From positions 375,984 to 439,983 of the forward strand of contig CAVUPL010000003.1 in NCBI GenBank assembly GCA_963743445.1: a DNA stretch of 64,000 nt, in the 5' to 3' direction. The position numbers and the translations under genes were made by a program. The notes beneath the pieces were generated by a model that was given only the letters and a program-made list of their open reading frames with translations, did no database searches and was not told the DNA's origin. This DNA comes from Vulcanimicrobiota bacterium. GTDB taxonomy: Bacteria; Vulcanimicrobiota; Vulcanimicrobiia; Vulcanimicrobiales; Vulcanimicrobiaceae. Within the stretch, counting starts at the first letter, position 1; each line of letters starts with the position of its first letter. Positions 44,068-53,795 of the stretch are shown here, in pieces.

Positions 44068-45192
44068 ATGAAGCGCACCTCCGCGGTTCTTCGCACCTCA
44101 GATTTCAACCGCTGCATGCTTGGCATTTGCGCAGCAGCTGCGATGCTCGCCGGGTGCGGCGGGTCGCAGCCGCCGACCGGTGCACCAGGCGCGATGCCGC
44201 AGAAGCAGGCGCCGCAAATGATGAGTGATCGCAGTGTCCACCTGAATGGGGCAAAGTGGTTTCTTTACGTTGGCCTGCAAAATGCGAGGTCTCTTGACGT
44301 GTATCGCCTTCACGGCAACAAGCCGATACGCAAATTCTCCGGCACGCTCGGGCCCGTAACGATTGCACTTGACCCTTGGAGCGACGTCTATACCACAGAT
44401 GACAATCCTAGCGGTGGAGCGATCACGGCCTATACCCCGGGCGCGCGCGCCGTGCTGCTTCAAATTGGTCCCTATGATTGGTGCCGCGGCCTTGCATTCG
44501 ACGCTGAGGGTCATCTCTACGCCGGTTGTTACGCGTCCGTGCGCGTGTATGCAGCGCGCAGCAGGAAACTCATTCGCATAATACGCCAAGGCGGGGTAAA
44601 CGAGGCGTTAGCTTTCGACTCGAAGGGAAATCTCTACGTCGCCGGTTTGGAAGGTTCGGGCCCACGGGCGCAGATTGAGGTCTTTCCGCCAGGCGCGAAG
44701 AAGCCGGCGCGCACGATCACGAAGGGAATTCAATATCCGTTCGCCCTGCTCGTCGACAAATCAAATGACCTCTTCGTTGCCAATTGTGGTTTCATTTATT
44801 GCCACTTGAGCAGCAGTAACCGTGGCTCAATCACAGAGTACGCATACGGAAGCGGTACGCCTCTGCGAACGATTACCGATGGCATCGACTCACCGCAAGC
44901 GATGGCATTCGGAAAGAAGAGTTTACTCTTCGTTGCGAATTATGCGTACTCGGGGAAAGGTTCCGTCACCATCTACTCATCCGGCACGAAGCCCATTCGA
45001 ACGATCACGGCGGGAATCCGCAATCCTGATGCGCTGGCGGTCGATCCGAGCGGCCATGTCTATGTTGCCAACTACGCATACGCCAAAGGCCACGACAGCA
45101 TTACCGTCTACACAGCGGACGGATCCCAGTTAGTGCGAACCATCCCCGAGGAGTTGAGTGGACCGCTCTCCCTCGGCATAGGCAAGGAGTAG
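44068..45192 (+). CDS. NHL-like beta-propeller lipoprotein (family B)
   Basis: AMLAGCGGSQPPTGAPGAMPQK.. with blades GHLYAGC, GNLYVAG, NDLFVAN, SLLFVAN, GHVYVAN. Starts 5 nt after the upstream gene. Confidence 0.8.
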   Translation: MKRTSAVLRTSDFNRCMLGICAAAAMLAGCGGSQPPTGAPGAMPQKQAPQMMSDRSVHLNGAKWFLYVGLQNARSLDVYRLHGNKPIRKFSGTLGPVTIALDPWSDVYTTDDNPSGGAITAYTPGARAVLLQIGPYDWCRGLAFDAEGHLYAGCYASVRVYAARSRKLIRIIRQGGVNEALAFDSKGNLYVAGLEGSGPRAQIEVFPPGAKKPARTITKGIQYPFALLVDKSNDLFVANCGFIYCHLSSSNRGSITEYAYGSGTPLRTITDGIDSPQAMAFGKKSLLFVANYAYSGKGSVTIYSSGTKPIRTITAGIRNPDALAVDPSGHVYVANYAYAKGHDSITVYTADGSQLVRTIPEELSGPLSLGIGKE

Positions 45193-45214
45193 CAGTACTA
45201 TTGCGACTTTACTT

Positions 45215-45910
45215 CTAGTGCGGCGCCGGCGATCCGTCGGACCAGGTGAGCACCGGTACCATAACCACCGTCGATAGATATGGACCGCGATCAGCGGACA
45301 GAGTCGGCGAATTGTCTACGTCGGCACCCCAACTAGCTACTTGATCTCGTGGAATGAAAAACATCACGTGGGGATACCATGGTCCGTGGGCATGGTTAAG
45401 ATAGCCCTCCTTCGAGAGCATAAAGCCAAATGCACCAGGCTCCGGTGGCTTGACGCTATGATCGGCGAAGGCAGCTTTCGTTTTTTCCGCCATTTGCTGC
45501 TTGCTGAGCCCGGCCAGCGCCCATTGCGTCTCCTGAAGGAGCTGCGGTATCTCGGTGCGCGCCGCGGGAGGATTGTAACAATCAGGCCCGCGCTCTTTCG
45601 GATTCCAAAACTCGGTATCGGTAAATGGTGCCGTCCAAGAACGTTCGACGAGGCACACGAAGCCGTTCGTTCCTTTCACTGCCGTTTCGAAGCCGTGGGA
45701 AGTAAGCACGAGCACCTCGGCGTTCGCCGCGATCGATGGCGGAGCGGCGCTCCGCGCCAAGGCAACTTCCGCTTGACGATCGGGCATAAGGTATGGAGCG
45801 ACTGGGCCCCTCGTTGGCAATCCTTCGCTGGTGGCGGCTCGCGCCACAAATGGCAGCGCCGTAGCGGCGAGGAGCAGCACGAGCGCTCGACGGAATGGGG
45901 AAATCAACAC
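45215..45910 (-). CDS. secreted hypothetical protein (231 aa)
   Basis: Signal peptide MLISPFRRALVLLLAATALPFVARA. Protein-like ORF. Confidence 0.6.
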   Translation of the reverse strand: MLISPFRRALVLLLAATALPFVARAATSEGLPTRGPVAPYLMPDRQAEVALARSAAPPSIAANAEVLVLTSHGFETAVKGTNGFVCLVERSWTAPFTDTEFWNPKERGPDCYNPPAARTEIPQLLQETQWALAGLSKQQMAEKTKAAFADHSVKPPEPGAFGFMLSKEGYLNHAHGPWYPHVMFFIPRDQVASWGADVDNSPTLSADRGPYLSTVVMVPVLTWSDGSPAPH

Positions 45911-45976
45911 GACCCAGTACCTCCGTTTTCGGCGACGTGCCTTGCAACGCGCGAACCCGAGGCGCTGTGACGACAG

Positions 45977-46942
45977 CTAAGGAACGATGACAATCCGGTA
46001 GGTGTCGTCTGCCGATGCGGTCCAAGCTTCCGAGATCGACGAAAGCGGCACCGTTTTGGTTGGGACGTCGACGCTACCGTCTGCGATAAGCTGCATGTAG
46101 ACGGGGACTTCGGCCATGATATCGGCAATTTGCGCGGAACCCGCACCGCTGCCGGAGATGCGAATGCGGCGGCTTCGTAAGAGCGCCGCCGGCACGGCTG
46201 CTTCGGGACCGGCCGCAGCGCCGATTTGCACGTAGGCAATGTTCCCGGTGTCTTCTTCGAGCCCGCGCCTCGCGAGCGAAGCGAAGACGGTTTCGGCGGC
46301 CGCCGCCCACAGAAAGTCGAGCACGATGCTGGGTGTCGTACCGGCGAGAGCGTCGACGATTGCCGCAGCATCGGTCTCGCGATTGCCGGTCAGCGCAACG
46401 GTAGCAGCCCCGAGCTCCGCGGCGCGCGCAAGACGTGCCGGATTGCGCCCCACGCCCACGACGCGGTTTGCGCCGAGCATGCGCGCGTGTTGAACGGCAA
46501 GATATCCGGCCATGCCGGTCACGCCGAGAATCAGAACCGTTGCGAGCGAGCCGACCTCGCCCACGCGCGCCTTGAGCGGCAACCACGATGCGAAGGCCGG
46601 GTTCAATCCGCCGGCAACCTGCACGGGATCGGCGCCGGGGGGCAGCGCAACGCGCATCGTTTTGGGTACCGCCATTCGCTCCGCGAACGTGCCGTACGGG
46701 GGACGCGCAAAGCCCGTGTAGATGAAATCGCCAGCCGCGGTACGAGCGACGACGTCGACGCCCGGGACGAGTGGCCACGACTGCGTGCTTCCGTAATGCC
46801 GCCCGGCTGCCAGCGATCGTACGATAGGATGGAGCCCCGCAGCTACCAGCTCTACCAGTTCGTAGCCGTCGTCGACCTGCGGTTCGGGAAATTCGCCGTA
46901 TTCCGGGGTCGCGTCGGAAGCGGTAACGACAGCAGCTTTCAT
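45977..46942 (-). CDS. zinc-type/quinone oxidoreductase (MDR superfamily)
   Basis: MKAAVVTAS...GYELVELVAAGLHPI.. and NAD(P) fold LILGVTGMAGYLAVQHARMLGANRVVGVGRN. Confidence 0.8.
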   Translation of the reverse strand: MKAAVVTASDATPEYGEFPEPQVDDGYELVELVAAGLHPIVRSLAAGRHYGSTQSWPLVPGVDVVARTAAGDFIYTGFARPPYGTFAERMAVPKTMRVALPPGADPVQVAGGLNPAFASWLPLKARVGEVGSLATVLILGVTGMAGYLAVQHARMLGANRVVGVGRNPARLARAAELGAATVALTGNRETDAAAIVDALAGTTPSIVLDFLWAAAAETVFASLARRGLEEDTGNIAYVQIGAAAGPEAAVPAALLRSRRIRISGSGAGSAQIADIMAEVPVYMQLIADGSVDVPTKTVPLSSISEAWTASADDTYRIVIVP

Positions 46943-47097
46943 AGGATTCCCTTCTTAAAAGGCTCCTCGGGCGAATAGCCACGCTCCTCCTGGCTCTCCA
47001 TGAAGAACCCCGCCGCCGGAATAGCCACTGGAACAACGTTGGGTCTGAAACAACGTTGCCTACGCACCGTAGGATGGCTAGGGGAGAAGCGAGGAGC

Positions 47098-47796
47098 ATG
47101 CAGCAAACCGACAAAGCCGCGCGCGTGGCCGGGGCGATCTACCTCTTAGGAGTGATTACCGGGCCGTTTAGCCTCATGTACGTTCCCAACAAGATGATCG
47201 TGACGGGAAACGCCGCTGCGACCGTGGCCAACATCCTGGCTCACGAGACAATTTTCCGTTTGGGTATCCTGGGCGATCTGCTCACCGGAGTTTGGGGGCT
47301 CGCGATTACGTTCGCGCTCTACCGGCTCTTCACGGGCGTCGATCAGAGCCTCGCCGCGGCGATGGTGATTTTAGGCGGTGTCATGCCGGCCGGCATCTTT
47401 TTCGTCAACTCGCTCAACTGGATCGCGGCGCTGATGATCGCGCACGGCACCGGCCTGGCCGCCTTCTCAAGCGCGCAGCAGGACGCACTCGCAATGCTGT
47501 TCATGCACCTGCACTCCAAGGGAAACGTCGTCAACTCGATCTTTTGGGGGCTTTGGCTCTTTCCGTTCGGCATGCTCGTGATGCGGTCGAGCTTTCTTCC
47601 GCGCATTTTGGGTATGTGGTTGATCGGCGGTGGCTTCGGCTATCTCGCCGTGGCTTTCGCCGGACTCTTCGCCCCGCGATACCAAGACGTGGCCTTTATG
47701 ATTTCGCAACCCCTGCTCTTGTCGGAGCTCGCGATCACGTTCTGGCTGCTCGTCATGGGGGCAAAGGTTCGAGGCTCAGCCGTACCCGCCGGGTAA
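47098..47796 (+). CDS. DUF4386-like membrane protein
   Basis: MQQTDKAARVAGAIYLLGVITGPFSLMYVP..GNAAATVANILAHETIFRLGILGDLL.. with six hydrophobic helices. RBS GGGGAGAAGCGAGGAG lies upstream. Confidence 0.65.
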   Translation: MQQTDKAARVAGAIYLLGVITGPFSLMYVPNKMIVTGNAAATVANILAHETIFRLGILGDLLTGVWGLAITFALYRLFTGVDQSLAAAMVILGGVMPAGIFFVNSLNWIAALMIAHGTGLAAFSSAQQDALAMLFMHLHSKGNVVNSIFWGLWLFPFGMLVMRSSFLPRILGMWLIGGGFGYLAVAFAGLFAPRYQDVAFMISQPLLLSELAITFWLLVMGAKVRGSAVPAG

Positions 47797-47828
47797 ATGA
47801 TACGGGATCCCAGCCGTCCCAGCACGAG

Positions 47829-48173
47829 CTACCTGAGCGGCGAGAGATGCTTTGGTTCGTAGAGGCCGAGCTTGTCGCCGCCGGGGAGTTCGATCGTCGT
47901 CACCAAACCCCAGCCGCGGTCGGCGACCGCTGTCGTTTTGATTCCCTTACTCTCGAGCTGCCGTACCGTCGCGGCGATGTCGTCGCAGATCAGCCACAGT
48001 TCGTGTTCGGTGTCGTCTTCCGTCTCGTGGACGGCGAGTTCCGTCGGCGGTGCGGCGAAGAAGAGTCGCCCGTTGCCGGCGTCGACGTAGTGCAGGCCGA
48101 GCACGTCCTTGAGAAAGTCGTACATCTCCTTGGAGTGCTTGGTGTAGAAGATCGCGTGGATGCCGGTGATCAC
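47829..48173 (-). CDS. VOC-family (glyoxalase/dioxygenase fold) protein
   Basis: MITGIHAIFYTKHSKEMYDFLKDVLGL...HELWLICDDIAATVRQLESKGIK..GWGLVTTIELPGGDKLGLYEPKH. Confidence 0.75.
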   Translation of the reverse strand: MITGIHAIFYTKHSKEMYDFLKDVLGLHYVDAGNGRLFFAAPPTELAVHETEDDTEHELWLICDDIAATVRQLESKGIKTTAVADRGWGLVTTIELPGGDKLGLYEPKHLSPLR

Positions 48174-48260
48174 TGCTGGATGACATTACTACGCTGCAGA
48201 CACCTCGTCCTCGAATGCGCGCCGGCAGGGTGCCAGCGCCGCAGAGCATATTCTTAATCA

Positions 48261-49127
48261 ATGGCGATCGATCCGGGACCCGACGCCTACGCGATCTTCG
48301 CGCGGGCGCGCGCGGCTGTCACCGCCGCGCGTTATCCTGACGCTTTGCAGTATACGATTTCGGTGGCGGGAATGGATGGCTCGTCCTCACAAGCGGACCA
48401 CTATCGAGCCTACAGCCGCCCCGCCGACGGAATTATCGACGTTGCGACCATCAGTGAAGAGCAAGCCGCCCAACCGCCTCCAGTTATTCACGGAATCAAT
48501 TTTTCTTTCACAGCATCCATTTGCGGAGGCAACTGTGCTACGGGAAGCAGCACCCTTTCTTTCCCCGCAGGGCGCCCACCGCAAATGCCAGATCTTATCG
48601 GCGTACCGATGCTCGATCCAACGTATACGTTTGGGTTGAAGTACCCAGCTAATCGCTCGGGGAAGTCCGAAACGGAAACGCCTTCTCGCTTGCGCATAAT
48701 CGCAACGGTATCCGCGACGCACCGGGAATATGAGGTTACGCTCGCCGGTGTGTCAACGGTCGATGGCGTTCCGAGCTACCATCTCCTGCTGAGGCCGCTT
48801 AGTAAGCCGAAGGAGAATCGACTGCGCGAGCTTTGGGTGGGTATCAACGACTACCTTCCGAGAAAAGCCGTGCTCGCTGGAAACTTTACAATCGCTCCGC
48901 TCGTCGACGTTCCGTGGACGGTGAAGTTCACGATCCTCGATGGCGTGCCATTTATTTCAATCGAGATGGCGGAGTCTACGTTATATCTAAAGCACCATCG
49001 CGTAGTGCGCGATGCCGTCATTGCATTCGAGCAAATAAATATTTCCGCCGATTCGCTGATAGACAGACCGCTCATCGCACCAGATGTTACGGAAACGACC
49101 CTCATTGAACCGCGTGGCTACATTTGA
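48261..49127 (+). CDS. hypothetical protein (288 aa)
   Basis: Long ORF of normal composition. No motif recognised. Confidence 0.5.
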   Translation: MAIDPGPDAYAIFARARAAVTAARYPDALQYTISVAGMDGSSSQADHYRAYSRPADGIIDVATISEEQAAQPPPVIHGINFSFTASICGGNCATGSSTLSFPAGRPPQMPDLIGVPMLDPTYTFGLKYPANRSGKSETETPSRLRIIATVSATHREYEVTLAGVSTVDGVPSYHLLLRPLSKPKENRLRELWVGINDYLPRKAVLAGNFTIAPLVDVPWTVKFTILDGVPFISIEMAESTLYLKHHRVVRDAVIAFEQINISADSLIDRPLIAPDVTETTLIEPRGYI

Positions 49128-49233
49128 GCCCACGCCATGAAAGGCTAGACAGGCCTGCCGGCGAAGCAGGCAACCTCGCTCCGGGCCGCTCGCTAGCGGG
49201 TGGCGCGAGGTCCACGTAAAGGAGATTGACGAC

Positions 49234-50448
49234 ATGCGCTTAGCATTGGCCACCGCCGCTTGCGCTGTTATGGGGGCACTCCTCGCGGGTTGCTCCATAT
49301 CATCGCAGGGATCGTCCGGCCCGCCCGTTTCGGCCGGCACGACCCAAACAGGTGACGTTTTCCCGCGCGCCATTCCCGATTCTGGATTGGCGTTGCTTCG
49401 GATGCAAGCCGAGGGTAAACTGCCCGGGCCCGTTCCGATACGGATCTTGCGCGCGCAGTTAAAGCAACTCGAAACACAGCCTCGACCACACTTCAACCTT
49501 CGTCCCGATGCGGGCGGCGTCCAGATTTGGTCCGCGATGACCGACGCGGATTACGTGCTTGGGTCATCTGCGAGCGGCAAGAAAATCAATGCCAGCATCG
49601 ACACCGAAACGCAGGCCACGCCCGGCTACTATCCCACCGGGCTCAAGGTCGATCACGCGCGGAACCTTTGGGTCGCTAACGAAGTCGGTTCCTTCGGCTC
49701 CAGCTTCGGGGGCGTCGTGCAGGAATACACCAACGGCACATTCGCGAACGCCTACAGCGTCCAATGCCCGTCATCTGCCGGCTGCAAATACATGTACAGC
49801 GCCTCATTCGACGTTGCGGTTAACTCCAAGAACGTTTTTGCCGCACTGGAGTACATGGACTACGAAGTCTGCAACCCATCATGCGTCGCGTACGACGTCT
49901 CCGGTTTCGAATACTGGCCTAACGGCAGCCCATCGTCGAAGCCGACGCTTATCGCGCTGAACTACCGCAGTCCGGTTGTCGCTCTCGGCTGGGCGGACGT
50001 CGACAGCTCGGGCAATCTCTGGTTCACGGACTCCGGATACTACGACGGTTCGCATTACGGCTACGGACTCGGCGAGATCACCAATCCAACGACTAATCCG
50101 ACGTTCACTCAGGTTGAGCCGCCGGGTACGTATTCTTTCTGGGGTGGTGTCTACGTGAGCGGCCGTGGGAAGACGCTCAACGTCATCGATGAGGGTGCTC
50201 GCAAGGTCTATCAATATGCCTTGCCGTTGTCACCGAGCGGAACGCCGTTCAACACGCTCACGCCGTGCCAATCAGGCTGTGACCCCACCTCCGGCGGCTT
50301 CAATAAAGGCGATAAGAAGATGGTCATTGGCGATGCGAACGATTGGCTCGACATCGGCACCGTCGCGACGAACCATTGGAAGCAGGCCAAATCCCCACAG
50401 ATGAACTCTAGCCTGTCGGGCGCTGCCTACACGCCATCGGATAAGTAG
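49234..50448 (+). CDS. hypothetical lipoprotein (404 aa)
   Basis: MRLALATAACAVMGALLAGCSISS lipobox (not the conserved module). RBS AAAGGAG. Confidence 0.65.
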   Translation: MRLALATAACAVMGALLAGCSISSQGSSGPPVSAGTTQTGDVFPRAIPDSGLALLRMQAEGKLPGPVPIRILRAQLKQLETQPRPHFNLRPDAGGVQIWSAMTDADYVLGSSASGKKINASIDTETQATPGYYPTGLKVDHARNLWVANEVGSFGSSFGGVVQEYTNGTFANAYSVQCPSSAGCKYMYSASFDVAVNSKNVFAALEYMDYEVCNPSCVAYDVSGFEYWPNGSPSSKPTLIALNYRSPVVALGWADVDSSGNLWFTDSGYYDGSHYGYGLGEITNPTTNPTFTQVEPPGTYSFWGGVYVSGRGKTLNVIDEGARKVYQYALPLSPSGTPFNTLTPCQSGCDPTSGGFNKGDKKMVIGDANDWLDIGTVATNHWKQAKSPQMNSSLSGAAYTPSDK

Positions 50449-50560
50449 CAACCGTCGTCGTTACGCCAACTCCACGACGGCTGCAAGAATGCGCCGGTTG
50501 CTCGTCGTATAACTAGGGCCCCGACGACGCATCGCTTGTCGCGGTCTTTTGGAGGACGAA

Positions 50561-52948
50561 ATGTCCGCTTCAAACGGTTCACCTAATTCGAAGAAACCCG
50601 CACAGCGTGAAGTGCTGCCGATTCCAGACAAGCCATACGCCGGCTTCGTTGCCTACGATGCAAAAGACCCAGACTCGAAGTTTCCGCCCATCGAGCCCTT
50701 GCGGCCGCCTAAGGGCGCTCCAAACGTGCTTATCGTTTTAATAGATGACGTCGGTTTTGGCGCCTCGAGTGTCTTCGGAGGACCATGCCAGGCACCCACT
50801 GCGGAACGAATCGCCAAGGATGGGCTGCGTTATACGCGCTTTCACACGACGGCTCTTTGTTCGCCGACGCGCGCGGCACTCTTGAGCGGGCGCAATCACC
50901 ACACCGTTGGCATGGGCGGCATTACGGAAATCGCAACCTCCGCGCCGGGCTACAACTCCGTGCGCCCGAACTCGATGGCGCCGCTCCCGGAAATTCTCCG
51001 ACTCAACGGTTATTCAACCGCGCAGTTCGGCAAGTGCCATGAGGTGCCGGTCTGGGAAACCAGCCCAGTCGGTCCGTTCGATCGCTGGCCGACGGGATCG
51101 GGCTTCGAATACTTCTACGGCTTCGTTGCGGGCGAGACCAATCAATGGTATCCCGCGATTCACGAAGGCACCAAGGCGATCGAGCCACCGAAGACGCCCG
51201 AAGAAGGCTACCATTTCATGGAGGACATGACGGATCGCGCGATTGCATGGGTCCGCCAGCAACGCTTGCTTGCCGGCGATAAGCCCTTCTTTATGTACTT
51301 TGCGCCTGGCGCCACTCACGCACCGCACCACGTTCCGAAAGAATGGGCCGACAAGTACAAGGGGAAGTTCGACCAAGGCTGGGACAAGCTGCGCGAAGAG
51401 ACGTTCGCACGGCAAAAACAACTCGGAGTTATTCCACAGGACTGCGAGCTGACGGCGCGCCCGAAAGAAATCCCGTCGTGGGATTCCCAAACGCCCGAGT
51501 TCCAACGCGTCCTCGCACGCGAGATGGAGGTCTATGCGGGCTTCTATGAGTTTGCCGATCATCACATCGGCCGGCTCATCGACGCGCTCGATCAGGTTAA
51601 GGCACTCGACAATACCTTGATTTATTACATTATCGGCGATAACGGCGCCTCGGCCGAGGGCACGCCACAGGGCACATTCAACGAGATGATCCCCTTCAAC
51701 GGAATGAGCGCGCTGGAAACGGTCGACTTCCTGACGCAGCACATGGACCTCTTGGGTAGCCCGCAGTCGTACAACCATTATGCGGTTGGCTGGGCGCACG
51801 CGATGGATACGCCGTACCAGTGGACGAAGCAGGTGGCATCGCACTGGGGTGGCACGCGCAACGGTACGATCGTGCGCTGGCCCAAGGGCATTAATGCGAA
51901 GGGCGAGATACGCCATCAGTTCCATCACGTCATCGACATCGCGCCGACGATCCTCGAGATAGCTCAACTGACGCAGCCGTACATGGTTAACGGTGTTGGA
52001 CAAGTCCCAATGCAGGGCGTGAGCATGGCATACAGCTTCGACGATGCCGCTGCCGCAGAACGCCATGAGACGCAATATTTTGAAATGTTCGGCAATCGCG
52101 GAATCTACCACAAAGGCTGGACGGCGGTCACGCGGCATCGCACACCGTGGATCATGACCGGATCGGTTCCGCCGTTTGACGATGACGTATGGGAGCTCTA
52201 CGACACGAGCAAGGATTGGTCGCAGGCGAAGGATCTCTCAAAACAGATGCCCGATAAGCTGCACGAGCTGCAACGTCTTTGGGTCATCGAAGCGACGCGC
52301 AATGGCGTCCTCCCGATGGACGACCGCGGGGCCGAGCGACTCAACTCCGACCTCGCAGGGCGCCCGGTGCTCGTACGAGGGACCTCGCAGGTGCTCGCTA
52401 ACGGGATGGGCGACCTCAACGAGAACGGCCTCATCAACGTCAAGAATAAGAGCCATTCAGTTACGGCGCAGCTGATCATCCCCGAGGGAATGACGGCCCA
52501 GGGAGTCATCCTGTCGCAAGGCGGGATTGGCGGCGGCTGGATGTTCTACGTCCAAGACGGAAAGCCGACGTATCTCTACAATCTCCTGGGCCTCAAGAAA
52601 ACCGAGATCGCATCCACGCAGACGCTCACCGCCGGAACGCATCAAGTAAGAATGGAGTTCGAGTACGACGGCGGCGGTCTCGCCAAGGGCGGCACGGTGA
52701 CGCTCTACATTGACGGAAAGCCCGTCGGCAACGGGCGCCTCGAAGAGACAGCGCCGATGTGCTTCTCGGCCGACGAGACGTCCGACGTCGGTCTCAAGCG
52801 CGGCTCACCCATGAAGCCCGAGATGCCGGCCGCTAAGAGCGCGTTCAATGGAACGGTCTTCGCCGTCGCTATCGAAACCAGCGGCGAAAATACCGACCAT
52901 TTGCTGAATCGCGAGGAAGTGCTCAATATGATCATGGCGCGACAGTAG
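50561..52948 (+). CDS. arylsulfatase (Cys-type, formylglycine-dependent)
   Basis: VLIVLIDDVGFGASS..., sulfatase signature TTALCSPTRAALLSGRNHH (C-x-P-x-R), GKCHE.., about 795 aa. Confidence 0.9.
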   Translation: MSASNGSPNSKKPAQREVLPIPDKPYAGFVAYDAKDPDSKFPPIEPLRPPKGAPNVLIVLIDDVGFGASSVFGGPCQAPTAERIAKDGLRYTRFHTTALCSPTRAALLSGRNHHTVGMGGITEIATSAPGYNSVRPNSMAPLPEILRLNGYSTAQFGKCHEVPVWETSPVGPFDRWPTGSGFEYFYGFVAGETNQWYPAIHEGTKAIEPPKTPEEGYHFMEDMTDRAIAWVRQQRLLAGDKPFFMYFAPGATHAPHHVPKEWADKYKGKFDQGWDKLREETFARQKQLGVIPQDCELTARPKEIPSWDSQTPEFQRVLAREMEVYAGFYEFADHHIGRLIDALDQVKALDNTLIYYIIGDNGASAEGTPQGTFNEMIPFNGMSALETVDFLTQHMDLLGSPQSYNHYAVGWAHAMDTPYQWTKQVASHWGGTRNGTIVRWPKGINAKGEIRHQFHHVIDIAPTILEIAQLTQPYMVNGVGQVPMQGVSMAYSFDDAAAAERHETQYFEMFGNRGIYHKGWTAVTRHRTPWIMTGSVPPFDDDVWELYDTSKDWSQAKDLSKQMPDKLHELQRLWVIEATRNGVLPMDDRGAERLNSDLAGRPVLVRGTSQVLANGMGDLNENGLINVKNKSHSVTAQLIIPEGMTAQGVILSQGGIGGGWMFYVQDGKPTYLYNLLGLKKTEIASTQTLTAGTHQVRMEFEYDGGGLAKGGTVTLYIDGKPVGNGRLEETAPMCFSADETSDVGLKRGSPMKPEMPAAKSAFNGTVFAVAIETSGENTDHLLNREEVLNMIMARQ

Positions 52949-53741
52949 ATTCGCTCTTTGACCGCGGGGAGAGTCCCGTCATGCGCAGGTAATCGGCGAG
53001 CATCCATGCGACTGCGGCAATCGCCAGGGTTTCGGCACTTTCGGCCCAGTTGAAGTGAGTGTGGGGATCGGCGAAAAGCGTCGGAAGCCATACGAGTAAT
53101 CCGAAGAGCAGTAACATTGCCGTGAGGAGTCGAGAGGCAAGAAGGGCTTGACGCCCCGACACAATGGCAATGGCGGCGAGCGCGAAGGCAATCGTGGTCG
53201 CTATCGCCCAGAACATTTGCCCGGGAGGAATCCACTTTGGAACAAAGCCCGCCGTGACGTGCAGATAGAATGCCTGCTCGAGCGCAAATGAGAGAACGCA
53301 GATGCCAAAAAATGTGCGACCGATCCCAGCTGTGCGGGCCGCCCGTGGCGACCCGCTCGATGCTACGCTCGCATAAGCGATGAGCGCGCCCGAGAAAATA
53401 GAAAATTGCTCGAAGAAGTTTCCCCAACTATTGTAGGTCAGCGGAGCCTGAACGATTGCGGGTACACAATTCACTGCGAAGACGAGGTAGTAGGCCCCCA
53501 GCACTAACGCCCCGACCTGCGCCGTCCGGCGCCATTGAATCGCGATTCCGCCTCCAATTGCAGCCGCAGCGGCGATGTAGCCGAGAGACTCACGGTAGGG
53601 GGCGTTCCCAAGCGCCTGAAGCGGCGGCCACGTGTTGACACCGTGCCAGTAGAGGGTCAACGCCCCATAAACAATGGCCGCCGCGCCGTACGCGTGACGC
53701 CCAAAGTAACGTGTCACTTGGGCTGGCCTCCAGTCGACCAA
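52932..53741 (-). CDS. integral membrane protein (269 aa)
   Basis: Seven to eight hydrophobic helices. Converges on and overlaps the arylsulfatase 3' end by 17 nt. Confidence 0.55.
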   Translation of the reverse strand: MVDWRPAQVTRYFGRHAYGAAAIVYGALTLYWHGVNTWPPLQALGNAPYRESLGYIAAAAAIGGGIAIQWRRTAQVGALVLGAYYLVFAVNCVPAIVQAPLTYNSWGNFFEQFSIFSGALIAYASVASSGSPRAARTAGIGRTFFGICVLSFALEQAFYLHVTAGFVPKWIPPGQMFWAIATTIAFALAAIAIVSGRQALLASRLLTAMLLLFGLLVWLPTLFADPHTHFNWAESAETLAIAAVAWMLADYLRMTGLSPRSKSESTVAP

Positions 53742-53795
53742 ACGGACATTCTAGCGTAGCGTTCCCAAGCCTACGAATGTGACGACGCCCGAAGG

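Noticed and set aside
46074-47114. Long ORFs antisense or out of frame to real genes (46074-47114, 47292-48257, 51014-52138, 35925-36551, 63214-63996, 20406-20759 and many 60-180 aa ORFs)
   Set aside because: They are extremely Arg/Ala/Pro/Ser-rich, lack motifs, and overlap ORFs with clear family signatures. This is the typical shadow-ORF pattern of high-GC DNA.
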